Assembly: GCA_003282445.1 (NCBI GenBank)
Contig: QBZE01000003.1
Coordinates: 11,455 to 75,454, forward strand
Origin: OCS155 cluster bacterium AG-333-G23
Lineage (GTDB): Bacteria > Actinomycetota > Acidimicrobiia > Actinomarinales > Actinomarinaceae
Direction of reading: 5' to 3'
Length of the DNA stretch: 64,000 bases
The notes under the pieces are model-generated. The model saw only the letters and a list, made by a program, of their open reading frames with translations, did no database searches and had not been told where the DNA came from. The position numbers were made by a program, and so were the translations under genes. Positions 44,247 to 55,042 of this stretch are shown here, one piece after another (within the stretch, counting starts at the first letter, position 1; each line of letters opens with the position of its first letter).

Positions 44247-47192
44247 ATGGCACAAATACATAATTTAGAATCCAAGTCAAGGTTTGGAACTAAATACATA
44301 GCAGGGTTACTTTTAATAATTTCATCACTCTTAATTGCTGGATGGTTTGGTTTCTTTGTGTTTCTTCCAATTAAATCAGGAATGGAAGTAGTTTCTACTC
44401 TAGAAGAAAAGTTTTTACCAAGAGCAGAAGGAATGGTTTTAGATTTTGTTTCTTTGTCAGAACCATCAATAATAATGACTGCTGATAATCAATTACTAGA
44501 CGAACTGCATGATGGATTAAATAGAGACCCAATCAAATTATCAGAAGTACCACCCTTCGTAATAAATACTTTATTAGCAGCTGAAGATAGTAACTATTAT
44601 CAACATGAAGGCGTTGACTTTGTAGCAATATTAAGTGCTGTATTGGACAACTTAAGAGGCGTCACAAGAGGTGGTTCAACAATTACTTCTCAAGTTGCTA
44701 AACAATCTTTTGTAGGAGATGAAGTTTCAATCAGAAGGAAGGTCGCTGAAGCAGTAGTAGCAGCAGAGTTAGAAAGAAGATATACAAAAGACCAAATTTT
44801 AGAATATTATATAAATTCAATATATTGGGGTTCTGGAGCCTATGGACTCCAATCAGCAGCTTATGAATATTTTAATAAAGAAGTATCTGATCTCACTCTT
44901 GATGAAGCTGCCACCTTAGTTGTCATAATTAGAAGTCCGGCATATTACAACCCAAGAAAATATCCAGAAAGAGTTCTTGAAAGAAGAAATGATGTTTTAG
45001 ATATAATGCTCAAGGAAAATTTTATAGTTGATATTCAACATCGATCAGCAAGGTTAGCTCCTTTAGTAGTTGAAGAAAAAGTTGATGTTACTAGTAATGC
45101 TGAGCATGTTTCAGCAGAAGTTAAAAGACAGCTTTTAAATAACCCTCAGTTTGCAATATTGGGAAATACAAAAGAAGAGAGAAAAAAGAAATTATTTGGA
45201 TGTCCCTCTGACGATACAACATGTACTGGAGGTGGAGGTTTAAAAATTTATATAACATTAAATCTAGAACTTCAGAATCATGCAATTACTGTATTAAACA
45301 AATGGGTTCCGTCGGAAGACTTAAATTCTGAAGAGGAGGAAGAAGAGCCTAAACCTACAGGCGTAATTACATTATTAAATAATTACACTGGAGCTATAGA
45401 GGTTATGGCCTCTGGAATTCCATTCAAAGAAGAACAATATAATCTTGCAACTCAGGGGAAAAGGAATCCTGGTTCTGCTTTTAAGCCTATAACTTTACTT
45501 GCAGCATTAGAAACTGGATCAAAACTATATAGCCATAGAGATTCTAGATCGCCAGTTGAAATAGATTGTGGATATCCATGTGCTCCTGATGGTATCGGGA
45601 CAAAGTGGGTAGTTAGAAATTATGGAAGTTCAATTAAAGCTGACCGATTTATTAATAAGATACCAGCCCAAGATAGGGCTATAGAGCTTCAATGTTTAGG
45701 ATTTCATATAGAAGAAATAAAAAATAAAGACTTTATTGAGCAATTTCCATTAGCTGAAGGCCTTGATGAACTAGAAGAAGAAGAGGAAAAAATTCTAGCT
45801 ATAGGAGTGGCTCTTAATCAATACACTGAAGAAGGTGATCCCATAACATATCGCGAGCAAAATGGGAATGAGGTAATTAATCCTGAAGACAATATCATTA
45901 CTGACTTAGAAAAGATTGAACAGCAAGAAAATTTAATTCAGATAGATTTAGAAAACGAAAAACAGTATATATTTAAACCTTGCCAAGATAAGTCAGAATA
46001 CAATAGATCTATAAGACTACTTAGCACATCAGGAATGATCTCTTTAGAAGAAGCAACTAGAAGATCAATAAATACTGTTTTTGCACAATTAGCTTCAGAA
46101 ATAGGGGGTGAAAGACTTTCAACCACAGCCAAAAGAATCGGTATAGAGTCTGAACTAGATCCTGTTATCTCACTAACGCTTGGTGCGGGTGCCGTAACTC
46201 CAATTGAATTAGCTTCTGCATATTCTTCATTTGCAACAAATGGTATATTAGCTCCTCCTTATTTAATAGAAAGAATAGAAGACAGCAAAGGAGAATTAAT
46301 ATATAGGCATATTACATCCCAAAGAGTAAGTATCCCAGATCCAGCAGCTGCAGTAGCAGTCCGTAAAACATTAGAACTTGCTGCTCAATATGGTACTGGT
46401 ACCAGGGCAGTATTAGATGATAGAGGAATAGCTGGAAAAACTGGAACACACCAAGGATTTAGAGAAGCATGGTTTATAGGTTTTATACCCCAATACACTT
46501 CTTCTGTTTGGATTGGTTTTGCTGAAGAGCAATTGCCTTTGACCGATGTCGAGATAAATGGAGAAATAGTTTCTAATGTTTCAGGAGGAAGAGTCCCAGC
46601 ACCTATTTGGAAAGAATTTATGGAAAAAGTTGTTGAAGACCTGCCTATTGAAGAATGGCCAGAAGATCCTATTGAGATCGATAGATATTATGAAATTCCA
46701 AAAGTAGAGATTCCTGATCTTCTAGGATTGAATGTTTTAGATGGCGAAGAAATAGCATTTTCAAATTATATATTGCCAGTTATTAATTTAATTGACTCTG
46801 AAGAAACACCTGGTTTAATTTTATCTCAAAATGTTGATAATTGTGATAGAGGTAATAAATCAGACAATACTGAGGATGAAAGCAATGATGAATGTATAGG
46901 CATAGAAATGCCAGAAGGTACAGTAGTGAATTTGGAAGTCTCTGGCAATAAGTTCAGCTCTGCAATTCCTAATATACCACCTTGTACTTTATCTCTTGAA
47001 GAAGGTCAGTCTTTAATAAAAGAATTTATGAGAGAAACCAATGTAATTTTGTTTCTTAAGAGCTCTTTTGAGTCAAGTGAACTTCCTGGATGTGAAGGTA
47101 AAGTAATTGGAACAAACTTTCCACAAGGAGGTACTGTATCAACTGGAGATACATTAATTTTTATTATTGCTAATTCTCAGGAAGATCAGTAG
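44247..47192 (+). CDS. Class A penicillin-binding protein (GT51 transglycosylase + transpeptidase) with an internal insertion and C-terminal PASTA-like repeats
   Basis: TM anchor. GT51 motifs EDSNYYQHEGVD and RGGSTITSQVAKQ. Transpeptidase SAFKP (SxxK), SIN (SxN) and KTGT. C-terminal IPDLLGLNV... modules. Confidence 0.9.
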   Translation: MAQIHNLESKSRFGTKYIAGLLLIISSLLIAGWFGFFVFLPIKSGMEVVSTLEEKFLPRAEGMVLDFVSLSEPSIIMTADNQLLDELHDGLNRDPIKLSEVPPFVINTLLAAEDSNYYQHEGVDFVAILSAVLDNLRGVTRGGSTITSQVAKQSFVGDEVSIRRKVAEAVVAAELERRYTKDQILEYYINSIYWGSGAYGLQSAAYEYFNKEVSDLTLDEAATLVVIIRSPAYYNPRKYPERVLERRNDVLDIMLKENFIVDIQHRSARLAPLVVEEKVDVTSNAEHVSAEVKRQLLNNPQFAILGNTKEERKKKLFGCPSDDTTCTGGGGLKIYITLNLELQNHAITVLNKWVPSEDLNSEEEEEEPKPTGVITLLNNYTGAIEVMASGIPFKEEQYNLATQGKRNPGSAFKPITLLAALETGSKLYSHRDSRSPVEIDCGYPCAPDGIGTKWVVRNYGSSIKADRFINKIPAQDRAIELQCLGFHIEEIKNKDFIEQFPLAEGLDELEEEEEKILAIGVALNQYTEEGDPITYREQNGNEVINPEDNIITDLEKIEQQENLIQIDLENEKQYIFKPCQDKSEYNRSIRLLSTSGMISLEEATRRSINTVFAQLASEIGGERLSTTAKRIGIESELDPVISLTLGAGAVTPIELASAYSSFATNGILAPPYLIERIEDSKGELIYRHITSQRVSIPDPAAAVAVRKTLELAAQYGTGTRAVLDDRGIAGKTGTHQGFREAWFIGFIPQYTSSVWIGFAEEQLPLTDVEINGEIVSNVSGGRVPAPIWKEFMEKVVEDLPIEEWPEDPIEIDRYYEIPKVEIPDLLGLNVLDGEEIAFSNYILPVINLIDSEETPGLILSQNVDNCDRGNKSDNTEDESNDECIGIEMPEGTVVNLEVSGNKFSSAIPNIPPCTLSLEEGQSLIKEFMRETNVILFLKSSFESSELPGCEGKVIGTNFPQGGTVSTGDTLIFIIANSQEDQ

Positions 47193-48534
47193 AAATATTT
47201 TTATAAAATTCATAAAGAGAAAGCACACCAAATCCTGTAGCCCCTTTCCTGTTATCTGACCTTGCAGGACCAGCAATATCTAAATGTATCCACTTGTTTT
47301 CATCTATAAATTCTTCAAGAATTAAAGCTGCTGTAATAGCACCCCCGTATCTACCTCCAGTATTCTTCATGTCAGCAATGTCTGACTCTATGAGCTTTTT
47401 ATAATCAGAATATAAAGGTAGAGGATGATACGATTCTAAAGATTTTTCGCTAGCTTTCATAAACAGAGATTCAAGCTCAACGTCATTAGAGAAAAGTGCA
47501 CCAACATCTAAGCCAAGAGCTGCAACTGCTGCACCTGTAAGTGTTGCAATATCACAGATTATATTCGGTTTTTTTTCGGCAGCATAGGCCAAGGCATCCG
47601 CCATAATCAACCTTCCTTCAGCATCTGTGTTCAAAACTTCAATGGTTTTTCCATTTCTAGTAGTTAGTACATCTCCTGGTCTTATTGCTGTACCACTTGG
47701 CATATTTTCAACAAGTGGGGTATAAACTGTTAAGCCAACATCTATTTTATTTTGAGCTACTAAATTAATAGCTCCCCAGGCTGTAGCGGCTCCTGACATG
47801 TCAGTCTTCATAGTTTCCATGCCTGAAGGACTTTTTAGTGAAAGTCCTCCTGAATCAAATAGAACACCTTTCCCAATTAGCGCAATCTGTATTTTTGCAT
47901 CAGGATTATATTGTCCAGTTAGAAAATATGGTTCTCTTACGGAACCTTGTGCTACACCAAGAACTCCCCCAAAATTATTCTTTTCAAGCCATTCTTTATT
48001 ATGGATCTCTACATTTATATCTTTATTAGATGTAAGTAATTCAACTTGTTTAATGAAATATTCTGGAGATCTATCAAAAGCAGGTGTATTTATTAAATCT
48101 CTAACCCAAAAGATAGAGTCTCTCTTATTTATGGACGCCTCAACCTCAAATGAATCATTGAAACTTATTTCAACAACATCTTTACCATCAGACTGATATT
48201 TATCAAAATTATATTTAGAAAGTAAAATTCCCAATATAATTGGCTCTGTTTCTCCTTTGAAATTAAGGATATTTAATTCACAATTCTCTTTTAGCTTATT
48301 TCCGATTGAATATCCAAGTTCTAATAATTCTTTGTTGTTTTGAGAGATATCTTCGCATCCAATTAGAAGTGTCTTGTTATTATTTGATGACATTGAAGGA
48401 GGCATAAATAATAACTCATTTGAATTTCCTTCAAAAGAATGGGTATTTATGTATTCCTGGAATACTTCCTGATCTTTTATATAATCTTCTTTTTTTTCAA
48501 AGCTTGATTCAAAGAACAGTAAATCAATATTCAT
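47170..48534 (-). CDS. pepA: Leucyl aminopeptidase (M17)
   Basis: GKGVLFDSGGLSLK and NTDAEGRL signature motifs. Confidence 0.92.
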   Translation of the reverse strand: MNIDLLFFESSFEKKEDYIKDQEVFQEYINTHSFEGNSNELLFMPPSMSSNNNKTLLIGCEDISQNNKELLELGYSIGNKLKENCELNILNFKGETEPIILGILLSKYNFDKYQSDGKDVVEISFNDSFEVEASINKRDSIFWVRDLINTPAFDRSPEYFIKQVELLTSNKDINVEIHNKEWLEKNNFGGVLGVAQGSVREPYFLTGQYNPDAKIQIALIGKGVLFDSGGLSLKSPSGMETMKTDMSGAATAWGAINLVAQNKIDVGLTVYTPLVENMPSGTAIRPGDVLTTRNGKTIEVLNTDAEGRLIMADALAYAAEKKPNIICDIATLTGAAVAALGLDVGALFSNDVELESLFMKASEKSLESYHPLPLYSDYKKLIESDIADMKNTGGRYGGAITAALILEEFIDENKWIHLDIAGPARSDNRKGATGFGVLSLYEFYKNISTDLPEN

Positions 48535-49073
48535 TTGCTAGGCGTCCAATCTTCTTCAAAATCTCTTGCAAACATCCATAATAGGTCTGATAATCTATTT
48601 AAGTAAACTACAACTTTGGAATTATCAATTTCTAGTCTGTTTTGCCAAGTTACACATTTTCTTTCTGCTCTTCTTGAAACTACTCTGGACCATTCAAATT
48701 TTGCAGAAATTATATTTTCACCAGGAACAACAAAAAACTCAGGTATACCATTTTTTTCTTCTAAGAAGTCTATCTCTTTTTCTAATACTTCTACCATTGT
48801 CTCATCTACTAATGTTTTTTTAGCTTTTAATTTATCTCTATTCTCTTTAGCTGTTGCTAATTCAGCTCCTACAATGAACAACTCCCTTTGAATTCTTAAC
48901 AATATTTCTTTTATTTCAATAGGAAGTTTCTCTTCAGCTCTAATTAAGCCAAGAGATGCAACTAGTTCATCTACTGAGCCATATGCTTCAGGAGCTAGAC
49001 TATCTTTTGGTACAGTATCACCATACAATAATTTTGTATTGCCCTGATCTCCTGTTTTAGTATAAATCTTCAT
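48531..49073 (-). CDS. PduO-type ATP:cob(I)alamin adenosyltransferase
   Basis: MKIYTKTGDQGNT N-terminus and a four-helix-bundle-length protein (180 aa). Confidence 0.85.
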   Translation of the reverse strand: MKIYTKTGDQGNTKLLYGDTVPKDSLAPEAYGSVDELVASLGLIRAEEKLPIEIKEILLRIQRELFIVGAELATAKENRDKLKAKKTLVDETMVEVLEKEIDFLEEKNGIPEFFVVPGENIISAKFEWSRVVSRRAERKCVTWQNRLEIDNSKVVVYLNRLSDLLWMFARDFEEDWTPSK

Positions 49074-49092
49074 ATTTTAAGAATAGATAATG

Positions 49093-49785
49093 TTAGGCCA
49101 AAAGTAAAAGAGTTCCAGACGCCCCAATTGATACTATTAGTGAAAGATAGCTTAATCCTGTTGCTGCCATAACTCCTGTGTAAGACTTTTCATTTAATGA
49201 TTTGTAAGAAGCAAAAGATAGAATCCCTGTAGATAGATATAAAAACATTATTACTAATTTATAGATATCTCCTATCTCTTCAGATAAATAATTAAAGTAA
49301 ACCAATGGAATAATTATCAAAGGTTGAAATGTGGTAAGTAAAGCCATTCTTTTCATCCCTTCTTTAGATATAGTTGGGTCAACTAAAAACCAATGTCCAA
49401 TCATCATTAAGGAAAAAACACCGCTAACTAAAGAAATGGGTAGTGCATAATGAAGCAGATAATACGAAAATCCAGTATTAAAACTATTAAATAAAATATT
49501 GTTTAATAAAAGAAAGCTTAAAAAGAAAAAAGAAATCTCAATAATTTTATTTTTAATAAATATTGAAATAAGTATCAACAGTAAAGACACTATTACAAAG
49601 ACATCAAAATTAATTAAGGCTATAGAAGAAATAATTGAGAGAAATAATATGCTAAATCCCCTTCTTGGATTGATACTGTTTCTTATATAACCTAAATAGG
49701 GAATACAAAAAATTAATAAAACAAAAACAAAAGTGCTCAAAGTCATGCTTCTTTTACAATAATATTTATATGAGAAACGAGACAA
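49093..49785 (-). CDS. Hypothetical polytopic membrane protein
   Basis: At least 6 hydrophobic segments and no family motif I recognise. The likely start is the internal MTLSTFVF. Confidence 0.5.
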   Translation of the reverse strand: MSRFSYKYYCKRSMTLSTFVFVLLIFCIPYLGYIRNSINPRRGFSILFLSIISSIALINFDVFVIVSLLLILISIFIKNKIIEISFFFLSFLLLNNILFNSFNTGFSYYLLHYALPISLVSGVFSLMMIGHWFLVDPTISKEGMKRMALLTTFQPLIIIPLVYFNYLSEEIGDIYKLVIMFLYLSTGILSFASYKSLNEKSYTGVMAATGLSYLSLIVSIGASGTLLLLA

Positions 49786-50114
49786 ATAAACGAAATTTAT
49801 TTATTGCAATAGGGTTTGGATTCTTATTTATTCTTTTACCAAATACTGGAATATCTTCAGAGAGCCTAATTATTAATCAAAATTTTATTCTATCTCTAGT
49901 TATTTATACAATTCTCTCCTATCTTGCTCTTTACTGTTATTCATCAAATAAAATTGCAGGAATTGTATTACTAATCAGTATTTCATTTATCTCTCCTAAT
50001 TTATATAAAAATTTTAAAGGAGAACTATACCCAATAACAATTGTGATTTTTGCTTCTTATTTTGGTTATATTTTTGGAATTAGAAGGTTTAAAAAGTGGA
50101 AAAGTTCTCTGTAA
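49770..50114 (+). CDS. Hypothetical small membrane protein (3-4 TM)
   Basis: 114 aa, hydrophobic throughout, with a basic C-terminus. Confidence 0.45.
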   Translation: MRNETNKRNLFIAIGFGFLFILLPNTGISSESLIINQNFILSLVIYTILSYLALYCYSSNKIAGIVLLISISFISPNLYKNFKGELYPITIVIFASYFGYIFGIRRFKKWKSSL

Positions 50115-50150
50115 GTAAGCAATTTATTTCTGATAATCTAAAATGGAATA

Positions 50151-53102
50151 ATGGTGCGGGGCATTTTTAAAAAATTATTAATATTTATTGGTTTATTTTC
50201 AATATTTTTAGTCGTTAATGAAACACCATCGTATTCATATACTTTAACTATTCCAAATTCTTCCTTTAGTTGTGCTGATAATGCGGTTGCTCCTTTAACT
50301 ACAACAAAGGATATACAGACATGGTTAAGTTGTAATGGTTATGATCCAGGGCCAATTGATGGATCACCTGGAGCAAAAACAACTGCAGCTGTTAAAAAAT
50401 TTCAATCATCAAATGGTCTTTCTGCTGATGGTGTTGTTGGGCCAGCTACTAGGAGAGCGATGAGAGCTTACTCCAGTGTAACTTTTACATTTACAGGTAG
50501 TGGCTGGGGGCATGGTGTAGGTTTAAGCCAATACGGTTCTAAAGGCTTAACAGAACTAGGAGCATCTTTTTGTTCTAATACTTCTTCATGTACTTCAACT
50601 GAAGTAGTTGATTATTACTTTACAGATACTCAAGTTCAGCAATTAAATAGCCTGTCATTGTCTTCTCCAGACATTGCAACTTCAAGCGATGCTTTATGGG
50701 TAGGTTTAGCAAGAAATGCTAAGAATATATCTTTAACTACTTTACCTTCGTCAAGCCCACCAACCTTAATGATTTGTCAAGATGGACTAAACCAAACAGC
50801 TGGGGTACAGGCTTTCTTAACTTCAAGAGGGTTTGAACCTGGACCAATTGATGGAGCATTTGGTGAAAGAACATCTAATGCAATAAGAAATTACCAATCA
50901 TCTGTTGGAATAAATCAATCAGGTGCAATTGACGATGAGACAGTTAACAGAATGAAGAGTGATGCAACCGCTGACGGACCATGTGAGTCTCCTTTTGGAC
51001 CGCTTAAAATTTCAGGTGGTGCAACAATAAGCATAGTTAACAGTGGTAACAACTGTAGCATCAATGGTCATCCTTTAACTCCTGCCACAGCTGGAGGTTG
51101 TAACATAACTATTAAATGGTCTGATGGGGGTAGAGTAAGAATTGGTCCAAGAGAACATAAGCATGGTGAGATTAAACTAAGATCAAAAAATGTATCCTCT
51201 GGATTCCATGTAGTGCTTGCTGCAAATATCGAAAAATATCTTTATGGTTTAGCTGAAATGCCATCACATTGGAATGTGCAAGCTTTAGAAGCACAAGCAC
51301 TTGTTGGAAGAAGTTATGCTGTTTATGCATACTTGCAACAAAATAGACCTGGAAATAAAACTGATATAGATGCAGGATTAGATACAAGCAGGCAGAAATA
51401 TTGTTGGTGTCATATTGGTTCTACCGCTTCAAGCCAATATTATTATGGATACCTAAAAGAAATTTCAGGACCAAATTGGGTTCAGGCTGTAAACAATACT
51501 GGAGGAAAAGTTATAACTCATAACAATAGTGTTATTCAAGCTTTTTATTCTTCCTCAACTGGTGGAAAAACTAACAATAACTCTGTAGGTTTTGGTTCTC
51601 CAACAGTTTGGCCATATCTAAAAACAGTAGATGACCCATGGTCTGTAGACAATAGGGTTGGGAATCCCCAAGCTGCATGGTCTTATGACTTTACCACTTA
51701 TCAACTAACTAGAAATATTTTATGTGGAGATATACCCTGTTTTGATTCATTAACTGATATATATATCTCAAGTTCTGCAGCGTCTGGAGCAGCAGTTGAG
51801 GTAACTATGAAAGGTTATGTTGGAGGTTCTCTAAAAACAGTTAAGAAGTCTGGACGAAATATTAAATCTCAACTTGGTTTTAAGTCTCATTATTTTAAAA
51901 CTTCAAGCAGTTCAGATGCTTCAAGTTTAAATGTGGGGCCTGTAACTGTTTCTACGTCTTCAACATCTACAAGTACTGGTGAGACAACTTCAACTACAGG
52001 TGATACAGCACAGTATGCAACATCTACTCAAGGATTAACTTACTTGAGTAAAGCAGGCCTTCTTAATAAATGTTCAGAAACATCAACAGCATGTCAAGCA
52101 AAAATTTTAACAAGAGAAGAGGTAGCAGCGGTTGCTGCTATCGTTGGAGGCCTTCCACTTGATTCACCTAACATATATAGTGATGATGACGAAAGTATCT
52201 ATGAAAGGGCAATTAATGCAGTGCCTTATAATGGAATGCAAGTATGTTTTAATAGTCCTTTTCAATACTTACCAAAAGAATCTGTATTAAGAGATCAATT
52301 TGCATGCATGCTTCATCGTGCGATTCTTAAAGGAACAACTAATAACCTAGAGGGAGGAATTTCAGATCCATATTCAGATGATGGAGCAAGTGCACACCAA
52401 ACTGCAATTCACACGTTAACTGGAAGTGACCTTATACCTCCATGTAGTTCTCTATCTGATAAATTTTGTCCAAGTAGAAAAATTTCAATAGGAGAAGTTT
52501 CTTTCATAATTAATAAAATGGTTGATAGTAATCTAATTAGCTCAACTCTTTTTGATACATCTCCTTTTCAAGCAGGATGGAGCCCAGGTAGCGGTGAGGT
52601 AGAGGATGCAGCTTCTACAGCAGTTTCTAATCCAAACTCTGGTAACGATGACTGTGTTGGAACTGATAATACAAACGTAAAGCTGGATACCACTTTGGAT
52701 ATCCAAAGATATCTTTCAGATAATGGTTTTAATCCTGGCCCTATAGATGGTATTAGCGGCAGTAAGACAAGAGAAGCAATTAAAGCTTTTCAAACAAAAA
52801 ATGGACTTGTCTCAGATGGTGTAGTCGGAAGTAAAACAAAAGCTGCAATGCGTTCCTATACCGGTTGTGAAGCAGCTAACACTTGCAAGGCAAGAGATAA
52901 TACAAGTGCAAACTTAGATTCTGTATCTGATATACAAACATATCTATCAAATAATGGCTTTAATCCTGGAATAATTGATGGAAAAATAGGATCCTATACA
53001 AGAGAAGCAATTAAAGCTTTTCAAAGAAAAGTAGGTCTAATTCCAGATGGTGTTGCTGGTAATAGAACAAAATCTGCCATGCGTTCATATACTGGATGCT
53101 AA
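50151..53102 (+). CDS. SpoIID/LytB-domain cell-wall protein with four PG_binding_1-like domains and SLH-like repeats
   Basis: Signal peptide. SpoIID motifs GWGHGVGLSQYGSKG, EMPSHWNVQALEAQALVGRSYA and QAFYSSSTGGKT. Four copies of (D/T)IQ..L...G(Y/F).PG.IDG..G..T..A(I/V)..(F/Y)Q...GL..DG(V/A)(V/A)G..T...M. An S/T-rich linker. Confidence 0.85.
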   Translation: MVRGIFKKLLIFIGLFSIFLVVNETPSYSYTLTIPNSSFSCADNAVAPLTTTKDIQTWLSCNGYDPGPIDGSPGAKTTAAVKKFQSSNGLSADGVVGPATRRAMRAYSSVTFTFTGSGWGHGVGLSQYGSKGLTELGASFCSNTSSCTSTEVVDYYFTDTQVQQLNSLSLSSPDIATSSDALWVGLARNAKNISLTTLPSSSPPTLMICQDGLNQTAGVQAFLTSRGFEPGPIDGAFGERTSNAIRNYQSSVGINQSGAIDDETVNRMKSDATADGPCESPFGPLKISGGATISIVNSGNNCSINGHPLTPATAGGCNITIKWSDGGRVRIGPREHKHGEIKLRSKNVSSGFHVVLAANIEKYLYGLAEMPSHWNVQALEAQALVGRSYAVYAYLQQNRPGNKTDIDAGLDTSRQKYCWCHIGSTASSQYYYGYLKEISGPNWVQAVNNTGGKVITHNNSVIQAFYSSSTGGKTNNNSVGFGSPTVWPYLKTVDDPWSVDNRVGNPQAAWSYDFTTYQLTRNILCGDIPCFDSLTDIYISSSAASGAAVEVTMKGYVGGSLKTVKKSGRNIKSQLGFKSHYFKTSSSSDASSLNVGPVTVSTSSTSTSTGETTSTTGDTAQYATSTQGLTYLSKAGLLNKCSETSTACQAKILTREEVAAVAAIVGGLPLDSPNIYSDDDESIYERAINAVPYNGMQVCFNSPFQYLPKESVLRDQFACMLHRAILKGTTNNLEGGISDPYSDDGASAHQTAIHTLTGSDLIPPCSSLSDKFCPSRKISIGEVSFIINKMVDSNLISSTLFDTSPFQAGWSPGSGEVEDAASTAVSNPNSGNDDCVGTDNTNVKLDTTLDIQRYLSDNGFNPGPIDGISGSKTREAIKAFQTKNGLVSDGVVGSKTKAAMRSYTGCEAANTCKARDNTSANLDSVSDIQTYLSNNGFNPGIIDGKIGSYTREAIKAFQRKVGLIPDGVAGNRTKSAMRSYTGC

Positions 53103-55021
53103 TTTAAATACTTAATAATTTCTTTAGTAATTGAGGGTACGTCAAATCCAAAGTTTTTTTCAAGATCTTCTATAGGAGCTGACTCACCAAAACTATCAAT
53201 AGAAAAAGTCTTTGTTATTCTCCCTAAATAACTCTCCCAACCAATTGATCTACCAAGTTCGATTGGAAAAACGTGTTTATTTTTTAAGAGTTCATTAATT
53301 TCTTCATTTTGCATGTTTGAAAGTTTATTTAAGATAGGAACACTGATAATCCTTACCGAATATTCAAGAAGAGCTGCTTTAATCTTAAAGGCTATTTCCA
53401 ATTCGGATCCTGAAGCTACAAGTGTAAAATCATCTCCATCAGAAACCACATATCCTCCTTTAATAAATTCTTCATATTTAACATCAAAATCTAAATAATC
53501 TAAATCTTGTCTTGTTAATGAAAGTACTTTTGGATTTTTAGAATCAGAAAATGCATACCTATAAGAATGTTCTATCTCAATGCTATTAGAAGGTCTTATA
53601 ACATCTACATTTGGAATAAGTCTTAAAGACATTAAATGTTCTATAGGTTGATGAGTTGGTCCATCTTCACCAAGATATATCGAATCATGTGTGAAAATAA
53701 ATACAGAATTAATATCCATTAAAGATGCTAAACGAATACTTGGCCTCATATAGTCTGAGAAAACCAAAAAAGTTGAGGCATAGCCTATCAAATTACTATG
53801 TAAAGTTATACCATTTGTAATTGCCCCCATTGCATGTTCTCTAATTCCAAACTCGATGCTCCTGCCTTTATAATTAGTGGATGAAAAGTGACTTTCATCA
53901 ATTATTTGCTTCGTAGAGGCAGCTAAATCTGCTGAACCTCCAATTATCGAATTAGTAGATTCTGATAAATTTTCTAGTATTTTTGAACCTAAAATTCTCG
54001 ATGCATACTTTTCCCCACTGACTCTATCTAAACTAGGAAAGTCTTCAGAAGTTAATAAATCCCAATTATCTTTAAATGATGGATCTTCTTGATATTTGTT
54101 TTTAAAATTTTCTTCCCATTTCCTAAGTTCTTCATTATCTTTTTCTCTCTTTTCTTTAAAGTAATCATAAATATCATCACTATGAAGAAATGGATCTCCA
54201 CTCCAATCTAAATTCATAAGAAATTTATTCATCTCATCACTCCCTAAGGGTGATCCATGGACTCCACTGGTATTCTCTTTATTAGGTGCAAATTTCCCAA
54301 TTGTAGATTTTGCAATAATTAAAGTCGGCTTATCTTCTACTTTTCTCCCCTTTTCAACTGATTTAATTATTTCTTTCTCACTGTGGCCATCAATTTCTAA
54401 AACATGCCAACCTATTGATTCAAATTTCTCTTTTTGATTTGTGCTAGAAACTTTGTCAACGGAACCGTCTATTGAGATATTATTATCATCAAAAAAGTAA
54501 ATTATTTTTCCTAACTTCCAGACTGCTGCAAGTTCTGCAGCTTCAAATGAGATTCCTTCCATCAAGTCTCCATCAGATACAATTCCAAATGTAAAGTGGT
54601 TAATAATATCTTCTCCTAATAAGGATGCTAAATATCTTTCTGCAACTGCAAACCCTACACCATTAGCAAAACCCTGACCTAATGGGCCAGTTGTTGTATC
54701 AATGCCTATAGAAGTATCGACTTCAGGATGGCCAGCAGTTTTTGAGTTAAGTTGTCTAAAATTTTTAATTTCATCCATACTCAAAGGAAATCCATTTAGG
54801 TGAAGGAGGCTATACAAAAGCATAGAACCATGACCTGCGCTTAAAACAAACCTATCTCTGTTGATCCAATCAGGTTTTTCATTTGATACTTTTAAAAAAT
54901 TTTTATATAAAGCAACACCAACATCTGCCATTCCAAGGGGCATGCCTGGATGTCCTGAATTAGCTTTTTCCACAGCTGCTGCTGATAAAACTCTTACGGA
55001 TTTAGTTACCTTGTCGAACAT
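53099..55021 (-). CDS. tkt: Transketolase
   Basis: ANSGHPG, the TPP-binding motif GDG.LMEG (SDGDLMEGIS) and GEDGPTHQP. Confidence 0.95.
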   Translation of the reverse strand: MFDKVTKSVRVLSAAAVEKANSGHPGMPLGMADVGVALYKNFLKVSNEKPDWINRDRFVLSAGHGSMLLYSLLHLNGFPLSMDEIKNFRQLNSKTAGHPEVDTSIGIDTTTGPLGQGFANGVGFAVAERYLASLLGEDIINHFTFGIVSDGDLMEGISFEAAELAAVWKLGKIIYFFDDNNISIDGSVDKVSSTNQKEKFESIGWHVLEIDGHSEKEIIKSVEKGRKVEDKPTLIIAKSTIGKFAPNKENTSGVHGSPLGSDEMNKFLMNLDWSGDPFLHSDDIYDYFKEKREKDNEELRKWEENFKNKYQEDPSFKDNWDLLTSEDFPSLDRVSGEKYASRILGSKILENLSESTNSIIGGSADLAASTKQIIDESHFSSTNYKGRSIEFGIREHAMGAITNGITLHSNLIGYASTFLVFSDYMRPSIRLASLMDINSVFIFTHDSIYLGEDGPTHQPIEHLMSLRLIPNVDVIRPSNSIEIEHSYRYAFSDSKNPKVLSLTRQDLDYLDFDVKYEEFIKGGYVVSDGDDFTLVASGSELEIAFKIKAALLEYSVRIISVPILNKLSNMQNEEINELLKNKHVFPIELGRSIGWESYLGRITKTFSIDSFGESAPIEDLEKNFGFDVPSITKEIIKYLN

Positions 55022-55042
55022 TTATATCAGTATATTTGTTAT

